From: an uncultured bacterium | GTDB taxonomy: Bacteria; Patescibacteriota; Minisyncoccia; Phycocordibacterales; CAIRYW01 | Assembly (NCBI GenBank): GCA_963766885.1 | Contig: CAVYBO010000001.1 | Location: 132,352-196,351 of the forward strand | Length of the DNA stretch: 64,000 nucleotides | Direction: 5' to 3' | Shown here: piece by piece, positions 38,062 to 47,709 of the stretch | Numbering within the stretch: the stretch's first letter is position 1 | How the letters are laid out: the number at the start of each line of letters is the position of its first letter | Position numbers and translations under genes: made by a program | The notes under the pieces: model-generated | Databases searched by the model: none | What the model was told of the DNA's origin: nothing | The model's input: the letters and a program-made list of their open reading frames with translations, nothing else

Positions 38062-39966
38062 ATGTTCACCTTAAATAGATCAAAACATAATCCGATTTTG
38101 TCCGCAGTAAAAGAGCATCCGTGGGAAGCGGAAGCAGCGTTCAACGGTTGCCCTATAGTTAAAGGAGATAAAACTTACATATTATACAGAGCAATGTCCG
38201 AGCCTGATCCGCTTCGGGAGCCGCATCTTGGCACCTCAGTTATTGGCATTGCGGATTCACGCGACGGCATTAATTTTGAAAACAGAAAAGCGATCTTTGG
38301 TCCGAGCGAAGAATATGACAAATTTGGCTGCGAAGATCCGAGGATTACAGAAATAGATGGAACATATTATATATTTTACACTGCGCTTAGCGGCTATCCG
38401 TTTTCTGCAGACAATATCAAAGTTGCTGTTGCGCTGAGTGATAATTTGGAATCAATAAAAGAAAAGCATCTGGTTACGCCGTTTAATGCTAAGGCCACGG
38501 CGCTTTTTCCAGAAAAAATAAACGGCAAGATGGCTGCGCTTGTGACTGTAAACACTGATAGAAGGCCTGCTGACATTTGCTATATGGAATTTGATAAGCC
38601 GGAAGACATTTGGTCGGAGGAATACTGGAAAAATTGGATGAACTCTGGATTGGATGCACATAAAATAAATCTGCGGCGGTTTGACAGCGATCAAGTGGAG
38701 CTCGGCGCTCCGCCAGTCAAAACAGACAAAGGTTGGCTAGTTGTTTATTCGCATATTCAGGATTACGGAGGATTAAATACGGTATTTGGAATTGAGGCTG
38801 TGCTATTGGATTTGGAAAATCCTAGGCGTATTGTAGGACGCACCAGAGGTCCATTTATGGTGCCTGATGAATATTATGAAAAAACAGGACAGGTGAGCAA
38901 TGTGGTTTTTCCTTCCGGAGCGCTGCTAAGAGGAGATAAATTGGAAATATATTACGGCGCAGCTGATACGCATTGCGCTGTGGCTTCGTTATATTTGGAT
39001 AATTTGATAGACAATATGCTTGATTCCAAAAAATCTCACTTCAAACGCTTTTCAGGAAATCCGATAATATCTCCAAGGCCGGGATTTGCCTGGGAAGCTG
39101 GAGGCACACTTAATCCAGCCGCTATTAATTTGAATGGCAAAACTCATATAATATACAGAGCAGCTTCGCCGAAAAATGTTTCGGTTCTTGGCTATGCTGT
39201 GAGCAGCGACGGATTTAATATCGATGAGCGCTTGAATGAGCCTGTATATTTACCGCGCGCAGATTTCGAATCAAAACCAGGGACTGATTCCAATTTCGGC
39301 TGCGAAGATCCGCGCATTGTTGTAATTGGCGATAAACTTTATATGACTTACACCGGATACAACTGCGTAACACCCAGAGTGGCAGTAACTTATATAGCAA
39401 TTGATGATTTTTTAAACAGGAGATGGAATATGTGGTCAGTGCCGAGCGCAATTACTCCGCCGAATATTCCAGACAAAGACGCGGTTATATTGCCGGAAGC
39501 GATAAATGGAAAGTATATGATAATCCACAGAGTGGGAGAGAGTATCTGCGCGGATTTTTTATCTTCGCTTGATTTTTCAAAGGAACAGATAAATAAATGC
39601 ATAGAAATAATCAATCCGCGTCCAGGAATGTGGGACAGTGTCAAGGTTGGCATTGCGGGACCGCCAATAAAAACGGATCTTGGCTGGCTTTCGCTTTATC
39701 ATGGAATTTCAAAAAACAAAAAATATCGTGTTGGGGCGCTTTTACTTGATCTGAATGATCCGACAATTGTAAAAGCCCGTACGGCTGTGCCGGTTTTTGA
39801 GCCGGAAGAAATTTATGAGAAGAACGGCTTGGTGCCGAATGTGGTTTTTCCATGCAGCTTTGTTGTGCGTGATAAAACAGCTTTCATATACTATGGCGCG
39901 GCAGACAGTGTAGTGGGTGTGGCCACAGTTGGAGTAGATGAACTTTTAAATATGCTTAGAACATAA
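38062..39966 (+). CDS. Tandem two-domain GH130 family protein
   Basis: Two sets of N..YRA / GCEDPRI / NVVFP / YYGAAD; start set at MFTLNRS. Confidence 0.9.
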   Translation: MFTLNRSKHNPILSAVKEHPWEAEAAFNGCPIVKGDKTYILYRAMSEPDPLREPHLGTSVIGIADSRDGINFENRKAIFGPSEEYDKFGCEDPRITEIDGTYYIFYTALSGYPFSADNIKVAVALSDNLESIKEKHLVTPFNAKATALFPEKINGKMAALVTVNTDRRPADICYMEFDKPEDIWSEEYWKNWMNSGLDAHKINLRRFDSDQVELGAPPVKTDKGWLVVYSHIQDYGGLNTVFGIEAVLLDLENPRRIVGRTRGPFMVPDEYYEKTGQVSNVVFPSGALLRGDKLEIYYGAADTHCAVASLYLDNLIDNMLDSKKSHFKRFSGNPIISPRPGFAWEAGGTLNPAAINLNGKTHIIYRAASPKNVSVLGYAVSSDGFNIDERLNEPVYLPRADFESKPGTDSNFGCEDPRIVVIGDKLYMTYTGYNCVTPRVAVTYIAIDDFLNRRWNMWSVPSAITPPNIPDKDAVILPEAINGKYMIIHRVGESICADFLSSLDFSKEQINKCIEIINPRPGMWDSVKVGIAGPPIKTDLGWLSLYHGISKNKKYRVGALLLDLNDPTIVKARTAVPVFEPEEIYEKNGLVPNVVFPCSFVVRDKTAFIYYGAADSVVGVATVGVDELLNMLRT

Positions 39967-40008
39967 AAATACTGCAACTTTTTTATTTTCCAAACGGTAT
40001 ACATAAGT

Positions 40009-40701
40009 ATGAACATAAAAAATAAAATAGTTATCGTTACTGGAGCGTCGCAAGGAATTGGTAAAGCTACAGCAGAAATTTTGGCGTCCAAAGGGGCAAA
40101 GGTTGTGCTTGCCGCGCGCTCCAAAGCCGCTCTTAGTAAACTAGAAAAAGAATTGCCAAATTCCTTGGCGGTTGCTGCTGATATGACCAAAAACGCTGAT
40201 GTCAAAAAACTTGTCAAGAAAACACTGGATAAATATGGTCGTGTGGATATTTTGATAAATAATGCAGGGCAGGGGCTTTACGGGCCGGTTGAAGAAATTG
40301 ACATTGATGATTACAAAAATATTGTTGATTTGAACGTATATGGTCCGCTTCGAGCCATGAAAGAGGTGATTCCTCAGATGAAAAAACAAGGGGGAGGAAT
40401 GATTATCAATGTAAGCTCCCGGGTTTCCAAAAATCATTTTCCAATGCTCGCCGCGTATGCTTCTACCAAATATGCTCTAAACGCGATTTCATTTACTGCT
40501 CGTGAAGAATTGAGCGAACATAATATTATTGTCAGCACGATGCATCCAAAAATGACTGCAACAAATTTCGGCAAAAATTCAAAAGGCGGCTCGGCATCTG
40601 ATTTTACAAGGCGTCCCGGCGCGGAGGTGGACACTCCCGAAGCAGTGGCAGAAAAAATCCTTGAACTTATAGAATCGGAAGATGCAGAAGCGGAGATGTA
40701 G
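40009..40701 (+). CDS. SDR family oxidoreductase
   Basis: TGASQGIG, NNAG, YASTK. Confidence 0.92.
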   Translation: MNIKNKIVIVTGASQGIGKATAEILASKGAKVVLAARSKAALSKLEKELPNSLAVAADMTKNADVKKLVKKTLDKYGRVDILINNAGQGLYGPVEEIDIDDYKNIVDLNVYGPLRAMKEVIPQMKKQGGGMIINVSSRVSKNHFPMLAAYASTKYALNAISFTAREELSEHNIIVSTMHPKMTATNFGKNSKGGSASDFTRRPGAEVDTPEAVAEKILELIESEDAEAEM

Positions 40702-40720
40702 ATAGTGGTATAATTTTCCT

Positions 40721-41341
40721 GTGATTAAAAGTAAAAAAATTTCTGGTATCGTTTTTGACTTGGGAGGAGTTGTGCTTGAGAGTTTTGAATTTGATTTCTA
40801 CAAAGAAGCCGGAAAAAAATTATTGATATCCCCGGATAAATTATCGAAGGCATCTGAAAATGATTGGACCCTGTTGGAGTTGGGAGAAGAGACAAATAAT
40901 AAACTATGGCAAAGAGTATCTGAGAAATTAAGTTTAGATAATTTTTCTAGTAAAGTTCTTGCTTCTTTGTGGTTAAAACATTACAAACAAGGAGCAAAAA
41001 TAAAAAAAGATACTCTTTCCATAATAAAGGTCCTTGGAAAGAATTATAAATTGGGAGTTATTTCAAATACTCAAAAAGAGCACAGTGCTATAAATAAGAA
41101 AAGAGGTTTATTCAAATATTTTAATGTTGTTGTTTTGTCTAATGAAGTCGGCTTTAGAAAACCTCAAAAAGAAATTTTTGAATTAGTGTCAAAAAAGATG
41201 AAAATTCCATTTCAAAATTTATTATTTGTTGATGATGATATTCGTTGGGTAAAAGTTGCTAAAAAATATGGTTTGATGGCAATATTATTCAAATCAGCAA
41301 TACTTTTGAACAAAGACTTAAAGAAAGTGGGGTTAATTTAA
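40721..41341 (+). CDS. HAD family phosphatase
   Basis: FDLGGV, ISNT, RKP, FVDD. Confidence 0.9.
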   Translation: MIKSKKISGIVFDLGGVVLESFEFDFYKEAGKKLLISPDKLSKASENDWTLLELGEETNNKLWQRVSEKLSLDNFSSKVLASLWLKHYKQGAKIKKDTLSIIKVLGKNYKLGVISNTQKEHSAINKKRGLFKYFNVVVLSNEVGFRKPQKEIFELVSKKMKIPFQNLLFVDDDIRWVKVAKKYGLMAILFKSAILLNKDLKKVGLI

Positions 41342-41353
41342 AATAAATATCAC

Positions 41354-41569
41354 ATGCTTAAACTTGGAAAATATAAACATTACAAAGGTAACGAATACCG
41401 AGTTATTTGTATTGCCAAACATACTGAAACAAATGAAGATTTGGTAATTTATGAAGCTTTGTACGAAAACCTAGAAAGCAAAATCTGGGCGCGCCCATTA
41501 AAAATGTTTTTAGAAGAAGTTGAAGTTGACGGTAAGAAGATTCCAAGATTTGAATATATTGGAGAATAA
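41354..41569 (+). CDS. DUF1653 domain protein
   Basis: YKHYKG, AKHTET, WARPLKMF, PRF. Confidence 0.9.
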   Translation: MLKLGKYKHYKGNEYRVICIAKHTETNEDLVIYEALYENLESKIWARPLKMFLEEVEVDGKKIPRFEYIGE

Positions 41570-41573
41570 TTTT

Positions 41574-42107
41574 ATGCAAATTCATAAAATAAAAATCGGG
41601 ACCAAAAATAAAGCCAAGATTGAAGCGATTGAGGAAATAATTAAAGATTATTCACATCTTGCTTCTGCAACAGTTGAAGGTGTTGAAACAAATTCTGGAG
41701 TTTCTGATCAGCCAAAAAGTTTGGATGAAACCATCAAAGGTGCAATCAACCGCGCCAGAAATTCTTTTAGGGATTGTGATTTGAGTTTTGGAATTGAGTC
41801 CGGGCTTATGCAAGTACCAGAAACCAAAAGCGGATATATGGATGTTTGTGTCTGCGCAATTTACGACGGAAAAGAATTTCATCTTGGACTTTCTTCGGCT
41901 TGGGAATTTCCGGACAAAAATATTATTGGAATGATGCTAGATGAGGGTCTTGATATGACTCAAGCTGTAAACAAAGCTGGACTTACAAATAATCCTACAA
42001 TCGGCTCGGCTGAAGGGGCGATAGGAATCCTAACAAAAGGCAGATTGGATAGAAAAGCTTACACAAAACAGGCAATCCAAACAGCATTAATTCATGTGGA
42101 TTTGTAG
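41574..42107 (+). CDS. Inosine/xanthosine triphosphatase (YjjX/DUF84)
   Basis: GTKNKAK, SGVSDQP, GAINRA, GIESG, GAIGILT. Confidence 0.9.
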   Translation: MQIHKIKIGTKNKAKIEAIEEIIKDYSHLASATVEGVETNSGVSDQPKSLDETIKGAINRARNSFRDCDLSFGIESGLMQVPETKSGYMDVCVCAIYDGKEFHLGLSSAWEFPDKNIIGMMLDEGLDMTQAVNKAGLTNNPTIGSAEGAIGILTKGRLDRKAYTKQAIQTALIHVDL

Positions 42108-42110
42108 ATT

Positions 42111-42194
42111 TTGCCGCGGTTTTTGAGTAGGGTACAACTTTATTTGCTGAGCGAAGCGATTTGTACCGCGCTCGGGTATCAACTGCTGTTGCAA
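42111..42194 (+). other. ~85-nt imperfect rod-shaped hairpin (REP-like element or ncRNA)
   Basis: Nested pairings GCGGTT/AACTGC, TTTGAG/CTCGGG, GGTACAA/TTGTACC; apex contains GAGCGAAGCGA. Confidence 0.5.
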
Positions 42195-42220
42195 ATAAGG
42201 CCTTGTGTTATAATTAATCA

Positions 42221-43276
42221 ATGCAAGAGAAACGCCTTGAGATATATCTCTTTTTCATCCTACTGGCGATCGCGCTGTATTTTTCGTACGAAGTTTTGCT
42301 GCCGTATCTGCAGGTGCTTTCTTTGGCGCTTGTCTTTGCTGTTGTTTTTGAGCCTCTTTATAAAAAAGTCGCCAAGCATATAAAAGTTCATGAATCTATT
42401 TCAGCAATAATTACCGTACTCATTGTCTCTTTGATTATTCTTGTACCTCTAACACTTTACGGAATGGCGCTGACAAACGAAATCAAAGATTTGTATCAGA
42501 CGTTTTTCTCATCCACAAATTCTTCAAACATCATTGATCAACTGACCAACAACGCCAATCAATTTGTAGAGCATTATTCTTGGACCGAGGTGCATGCGCC
42601 AGTTTTCAATAGTGTCGATACAGAAAATTACATTTTTTCGGTATTGGCGTGGATTCGCGGACACTTCGGAGATATTTTTTCCGGACTTACAAAATTTTTT
42701 ATCAGCCTATTTTTGTTTATTGTTTCTTTTTACTTTTTACTTCGAGATGGGGACAATTTGAAAAGCGCTGTAATAAAAATCAGTCCGTTTACGGATAATA
42801 GGGATGAAGAAATTTTAAACAGATTGAAAAATGCCGTGATGTCTGTAGTAAAAGGCTCGCTTTTAGTGGCTTTGGTGCAAGGAATCCTAACTGGAGTAGG
42901 ATTTTATCTTTTTAATATTCCATCTGCATTGCTTTGGGGTGGAGTTGCCGGGGTGACTTCATTGGTTCCTGGCATAGGCACATCTCTGGTGATTGTTCCA
43001 GGAATTATTTATCTTTTTCTTGCCGGACAAATTGGAAATGGCATCGGTCTTGCGGTGTGGGGAGTTTTGTCTGTAACATTCATAGACAACATTCTGGCTT
43101 CTTATCTTGTAGGCAGAGGAGCCAAAGTCCATCCGCTTCTGATAATGCTTTCTGCAATCGGAGGAATCGGGTTTTTCGGCCCGCTTGGATTTATTTTCGG
43201 CCCCGTAGTTATCAGTTTCCTTTTTGCTTTGTTTGATATTTACAAGACTATTCTTGTCAAAGACGCTCTGAAATAA
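42221..43276 (+). CDS. AI-2E family transporter
   Basis: FYFLLRDG, QGILTG, IDNIL, VHPLLI, GFIFGP. Confidence 0.9.
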   Translation: MQEKRLEIYLFFILLAIALYFSYEVLLPYLQVLSLALVFAVVFEPLYKKVAKHIKVHESISAIITVLIVSLIILVPLTLYGMALTNEIKDLYQTFFSSTNSSNIIDQLTNNANQFVEHYSWTEVHAPVFNSVDTENYIFSVLAWIRGHFGDIFSGLTKFFISLFLFIVSFYFLLRDGDNLKSAVIKISPFTDNRDEEILNRLKNAVMSVVKGSLLVALVQGILTGVGFYLFNIPSALLWGGVAGVTSLVPGIGTSLVIVPGIIYLFLAGQIGNGIGLAVWGVLSVTFIDNILASYLVGRGAKVHPLLIMLSAIGGIGFFGPLGFIFGPVVISFLFALFDIYKTILVKDALK

Positions 43277-43278
43277 AT

Positions 43279-44007
43279 ATGTTCGTAATTGAGACCGAAA
43301 ATTTAGTAAAAAAATTTGGTGATTTTATCGCTGTTGACGGATTATCGTTGCAGATTGAGGAAGGAAAAATCACAGCTCTGCTTGGTCCAAATGGCGCTGG
43401 CAAAACCACCACTATCCAAATGCTTTTGGATATCATCACGCCGACTTCTGGAAGCATAAAATTTTTCGGTAAGAATTTTAAAGATAACAAAGAAGAAATT
43501 CTCTCACAAATAAATTTCTCTTCTCCATATGTGGCGCTCCCATCCAATCTAACGGTAATGGAAAACTTGCTGACATTTGCCAGGCTCTATGGAGTCAAAC
43601 AGCCAAAGGCGAAAATAGAAGAGCTTGCTGATTTTTTTGAAATCAGAAATTTGCTTTCTCGCATGACAACTTCACTTTCTACCGGTCAATTAACACGCGT
43701 CAATTTGACCAAAGCTTTTGTAAACAATCCAAAAATTTTGCTTTTGGATGAAGCTACAGCATCTTTGGATCCCTACATTGCTGACAAAACACTGACTGTT
43801 TTAAAAAGGATGCAAGAGCAAAATGGCACGACGATTCTTTACACTTCTCACAATATGGCTGAAATCGAAAGGCTTTGTGACCGTGTTATCTTTATAAATA
43901 AAGGTGCAGTGCGAGACGACGGTACGCCATCCGAGCTTATACACAAATTTGGTCACAAAGACTTAAACGACGTGTTTATCAGCATTGCAACTGAAGATGA
44001 GGATTAA
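43279..44007 (+). CDS. ABC-2 exporter ATP-binding protein
   Basis: GPNGAGKTT, LSTGQ, LLLDE, SHN. Confidence 0.92.
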   Translation: MFVIETENLVKKFGDFIAVDGLSLQIEEGKITALLGPNGAGKTTTIQMLLDIITPTSGSIKFFGKNFKDNKEEILSQINFSSPYVALPSNLTVMENLLTFARLYGVKQPKAKIEELADFFEIRNLLSRMTTSLSTGQLTRVNLTKAFVNNPKILLLDEATASLDPYIADKTLTVLKRMQEQNGTTILYTSHNMAEIERLCDRVIFINKGAVRDDGTPSELIHKFGHKDLNDVFISIATEDED

Positions 44008-44011
44008 AAAT

Positions 44012-44806
44012 ATGAATGCAGGAAGAATCAAAGCTATTATTATACGACACTTGTATCTCTATAAAGGCAGAAGCTTGCCGCGTTTTATGGATATTTTCTT
44101 TTGGCCGGTGATGACGCTTTTGACTTGGGGATTCTTTAGTGTTTATTTGAATAAATTCAATCTTTCAAATGTTAACTTTTTCTCTGTCTTGCTTGGAGCT
44201 GTTGTGTTTTGGGAAGTCGTTCAGACTTCTCAGCAGGCTGTGTCTGTTTATTTTTTGGAAGATGTTTGGGAAAAGAATTTCTTGAATATTTTTGTTACCC
44301 CATTAACCCTTGGAGAATTTTTTGTTGCTACTGCGATTCTTGCAATAATCAAACTTTGCATTACCTGCAGTGTGCTTTTTATTGTTGCCTTTCTTTTTTA
44401 TCATTACAGTGTTTTTTCTTTAGGTTTCGCTTTTATTCCTTATGTCATTAATCTTTTTGCTTTTGGGATGACCGTCGCGGTATTTATTAACGGCATAATT
44501 TTGCGTTTCGGCACATCGGCTCAAGTGCTTGCCTTCGGCATCATCCTTATCTTGCAGCCTCTGAGCGCTGTATTTTATCCTGTTTCAGCCCTTCCAGGAT
44601 TCTTGCATCCAATCTCGTATGCGTTGCCGATTACGTATGTTTTTGAATCAATGAGAGCAACGATTGCAGGGATGCCTTTTGATTTTCATTCATTCTGGAT
44701 TTCTGCGCTATTAAATATTGTTTATTTCACAGCGGCATGCCTTTTCTTCAGAGGTATGTTTTTGAGCGTCAAACGAAAAGGAATTCTTCTTAAGGTGCAA
44801 AACTAA
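44012..44806 (+). CDS. ABC-2 exporter permease
   Basis: 6 TM helices, AVFYPVSALP, PITYVFESMR. Confidence 0.9.
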   Translation: MNAGRIKAIIIRHLYLYKGRSLPRFMDIFFWPVMTLLTWGFFSVYLNKFNLSNVNFFSVLLGAVVFWEVVQTSQQAVSVYFLEDVWEKNFLNIFVTPLTLGEFFVATAILAIIKLCITCSVLFIVAFLFYHYSVFSLGFAFIPYVINLFAFGMTVAVFINGIILRFGTSAQVLAFGIILILQPLSAVFYPVSALPGFLHPISYALPITYVFESMRATIAGMPFDFHSFWISALLNIVYFTAACLFFRGMFLSVKRKGILLKVQN

Positions 44807-44812
44807 ATACAA

Positions 44813-45718
44813 ATGTTATTTTCAAAAAAGAAAACAATAGTTACTCACAATGGAAGTTTTCACGCGGATGATGTTTTTGCTGTGGCAACGCTTATACTTG
44901 CGTTTCCAAAAGAGAAATTTGAAATTGTGCGAACTCGTGACGATGAAAAAATTCAAAAAGCTGATTTTGTGGTGGATGTTGGCAGAATTTATGATTCCTC
45001 AAAGCAGCGTTTTGATCACCATCAGGGTGGTGGAGCAGGAAAGAGAAGTTCGGAAAATAGCACAGGAATTCCTTATGCGTCGTTCGGGTTAGTTTGGAAA
45101 GAATACGGCGCCAAAATTTGTGGCAGGGAAGAAGCATATATTGTTGATCAAGGGTTAGCCTCTTTTCTTGATGCGGCAGACAACGGCGTGGATTTATTTG
45201 AAAGTAAAAGAGGGATAAGTAATTATTCATTGGCAAGTGTTGTTGGAGCTTTTAATTCAACAAGTTTAGAAGAAGACAGGAACGATAAAACTTTTTTGGA
45301 TATTATTTGGCTTGGCAAAAAAATCATTGAAAGAGAGATTGCTTCGGCCAAGGAATTTATTTATGGGAAAAATGAGATAAAAAAAGAATATGAAAGATCA
45401 AAGGATAAAAGGTTTTTGGTTTTGGATGAAAAAATAGAAAAAGAGGTGATCTATAAAGTTCTGGGAGATTATCAGGAAGTGCTTTTTGTTGTCCACCCGT
45501 ATCAAGGGCAATGGGCGCTTAGGGCAGCAAGAAAAGAAGCAAATAGTTTTGAGAGTAGAAAGCTTCTGCCAGAGGAATGGGGCGGTAAGGAAGCAGCAGA
45601 GCTTCAAAAGATTACTGGCGTTAAAGATATTCTTTTTTGTCACAATGCTAGGTTTATAGCGAGCGCGGGAAGCAAAGAAGGGGCGATTAAATTAGCAGAA
45701 CTGGCGATAAAAGAATAA
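44813..45718 (+). CDS. MYG1 family exonuclease
   Basis: THNGSFHADDV, RTRD, DVG, FDHHQ, DAADNG, FCHNARF. Confidence 0.92.
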   Translation: MLFSKKKTIVTHNGSFHADDVFAVATLILAFPKEKFEIVRTRDDEKIQKADFVVDVGRIYDSSKQRFDHHQGGGAGKRSSENSTGIPYASFGLVWKEYGAKICGREEAYIVDQGLASFLDAADNGVDLFESKRGISNYSLASVVGAFNSTSLEEDRNDKTFLDIIWLGKKIIEREIASAKEFIYGKNEIKKEYERSKDKRFLVLDEKIEKEVIYKVLGDYQEVLFVVHPYQGQWALRAARKEANSFESRKLLPEEWGGKEAAELQKITGVKDILFCHNARFIASAGSKEGAIKLAELAIKE

Positions 45719-45724
45719 AGAAAT

Positions 45725-46693
45725 ATGTTAGTAGATGAAATCAAATTATTTCTGAGAGCGGGAAAAGGTGGGGACGGCGTGGTGCGTTGGAGACACGAAA
45801 AAAGTATTGAATTTGGCGGTCCATCTGGAGGCAATGGCGGCAGAGGTGGAGCGGTTTATATTGAAGCTGTGCCTGATATTTCTATTCTTTCAAAATACAA
45901 ATCCAAGAAATCTTTTATGGCCGAAAACGGCACTGACGGCTTCAGGGATTCAGAGCACGGCAAGCAGGGGGATGATTTTGTCTTGAAGCTGCCGATTGGA
46001 AGCGTGGTTAAAAATTTATCTACCGGAGAAATATTTAATCTTTTAAAGGCAGGAGAAAAAAAGCAGGTGCTTTCTGGTGGACGCGGAGGAGTTGGCAACG
46101 AAGCTTTCAAATCTTCCAGAAACGTTTCTCCAGACAAAGCAACTTTGGGAGAAAAAGGCGAGCAGGCAGACTTTTTTATTGAGCTTGAACTTTTTGCTGA
46201 TGTGGGATTGATTGGACTTCCAAATGCTGGCAAGAGTTCGCTCTTGAACCACATAACAAACGCTGAGGCTAAAGTGGGTAACTACGCTTTCACAACAATT
46301 GAGCCGAATCTTGGGGCGCTTTATGAATTTGTTTTGGCAGATATTCCGGGATTGATTGAAGGCGCGGCTGATGGCAAAGGATTGGGAGATAAGTTTCTTA
46401 AGCATATTAGACGCACAAAAATTTTGGTGCATCTAATTTCTGCCGAAAACGAAGATATCAAAAAAACTTACAAAACAATCCGCGATGAACTTGGAAAGTT
46501 TGACAAAGAGCTTTTGGAAAAGGAAGAGGTAATCGTTCTCAGTAAAACCGACGTGACAGACGAAAAGGAAATCGAAAAGAAACTGAAAGAAATAAAAAAA
46601 CTTAAGAAACCGTTTTTTGCAATCTCAATAATTGATGACAAAGCAATCAAAAACTTCCGCGACGAACTGGTTAAAATTTTGAGAAAGAAATAA
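45725..46693 (+). CDS. obgE: GTPase Obg/CgtA
   Basis: Gly-rich OBG fold, GLPNAGKSS, FTT, DIPG, SKTD. Confidence 0.96.
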   Translation: MLVDEIKLFLRAGKGGDGVVRWRHEKSIEFGGPSGGNGGRGGAVYIEAVPDISILSKYKSKKSFMAENGTDGFRDSEHGKQGDDFVLKLPIGSVVKNLSTGEIFNLLKAGEKKQVLSGGRGGVGNEAFKSSRNVSPDKATLGEKGEQADFFIELELFADVGLIGLPNAGKSSLLNHITNAEAKVGNYAFTTIEPNLGALYEFVLADIPGLIEGAADGKGLGDKFLKHIRRTKILVHLISAENEDIKKTYKTIRDELGKFDKELLEKEEVIVLSKTDVTDEKEIEKKLKEIKKLKKPFFAISIIDDKAIKNFRDELVKILRKK

Positions 46694-46770
46694 ATTTTAG
46701 AATTTTATATAAAAATTGACCTACGGCTACAAGTAGCTTTCGGTCTGTTTTAACTTACCCTACATAGGGA

Positions 46771-47529
46771 TTAATGATAGGCTCCGTGACGATAATCGAA
46801 GCTGTCGTAAACTCTCGCCAACTCGACTGCGATTCTGTCCAGAGCCAGGCCCTTGCGGATAATGACTGGTGGTTGCCCGTTCAGTTTACCTTCGTCGTTG
46901 ACGAAAGAAACCATAACGCCTTGCGCCATGCGCGTAGTTTCGTCAGCCTCGGGTTGCTGGCAGTGAACGTAGTCGTCAGCCTCGATGATGAAATCGGCAC
47001 CGTCAAGTATCGCATCGCCGACACCTTCCAGTTTACCCCGATTTCCTTGGCCGGTTGGATTTGCCGATGAAGCAAACACAAGTCTGTGGTGGTTTCTCCA
47101 CATTGTTTCGCAAATCAACTCCGACGGGGCGCCGAAGCGTACGACAAAGCAGCTTGTGTCGCGGCCGTCCATCACCAGTTCCCGCGAACCGTCGTTGGGA
47201 ATGTACTTATCCGCTGCGTCTTTCCTCCACGGAAGAATACAGCCGAGAAGTATGTCCTTCTTGTAGCAGCTTTTATAGAGCGCTAGAATTTTTTCATCAA
47301 TCTCGGCCAACGAGAGGATTTGACTAATTCCCTCGCAAAGAACGACGCCGGGTTTACTGCGAGGACGTCCCTTCAGTTGGAATTTCTTGTCGAGACCGAT
47401 TCGGTCGCTTGTGGCGATAATGTAGCCGACCTTTGTCGGTGTAACTATCGCATTGCTCCCTTCAAGAAGAAGCTTGACCGCTGATGGGATGCCTTCTTCT
47501 TTTCCACCCCAATGAATCTGTGTTTTCAT
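46771..47529 (-). CDS. Sua5/YrdC (threonylcarbamoyl-AMP synthase-like) family protein, divergent and GC-rich
   Basis: PTKVGY, LKGRP..KP, SSANPTG, IIRKG. Confidence 0.75.
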   Translation of the reverse strand: MKTQIHWGGKEEGIPSAVKLLLEGSNAIVTPTKVGYIIATSDRIGLDKKFQLKGRPRSKPGVVLCEGISQILSLAEIDEKILALYKSCYKKDILLGCILPWRKDAADKYIPNDGSRELVMDGRDTSCFVVRFGAPSELICETMWRNHHRLVFASSANPTGQGNRGKLEGVGDAILDGADFIIEADDYVHCQQPEADETTRMAQGVMVSFVNDEGKLNGQPPVIIRKGLALDRIAVELARVYDSFDYRHGAYH

Positions 47530-47709
47530 AATTTGATTTAATGTGCTGTGTTTGGTTGAGTTTTACCTGGATCAGCTCCAGTTGCTTGGTTATTTAGACC
47601 GCTGGATATCAAGATTACAGATTTATATTTATAAGTCAAAATTAATTTCCAAATTTATTTAAAATAAAAAAGTTTAAATTTCCTTAAAAAATGATAGGAT
47701 ATTGCTGTT

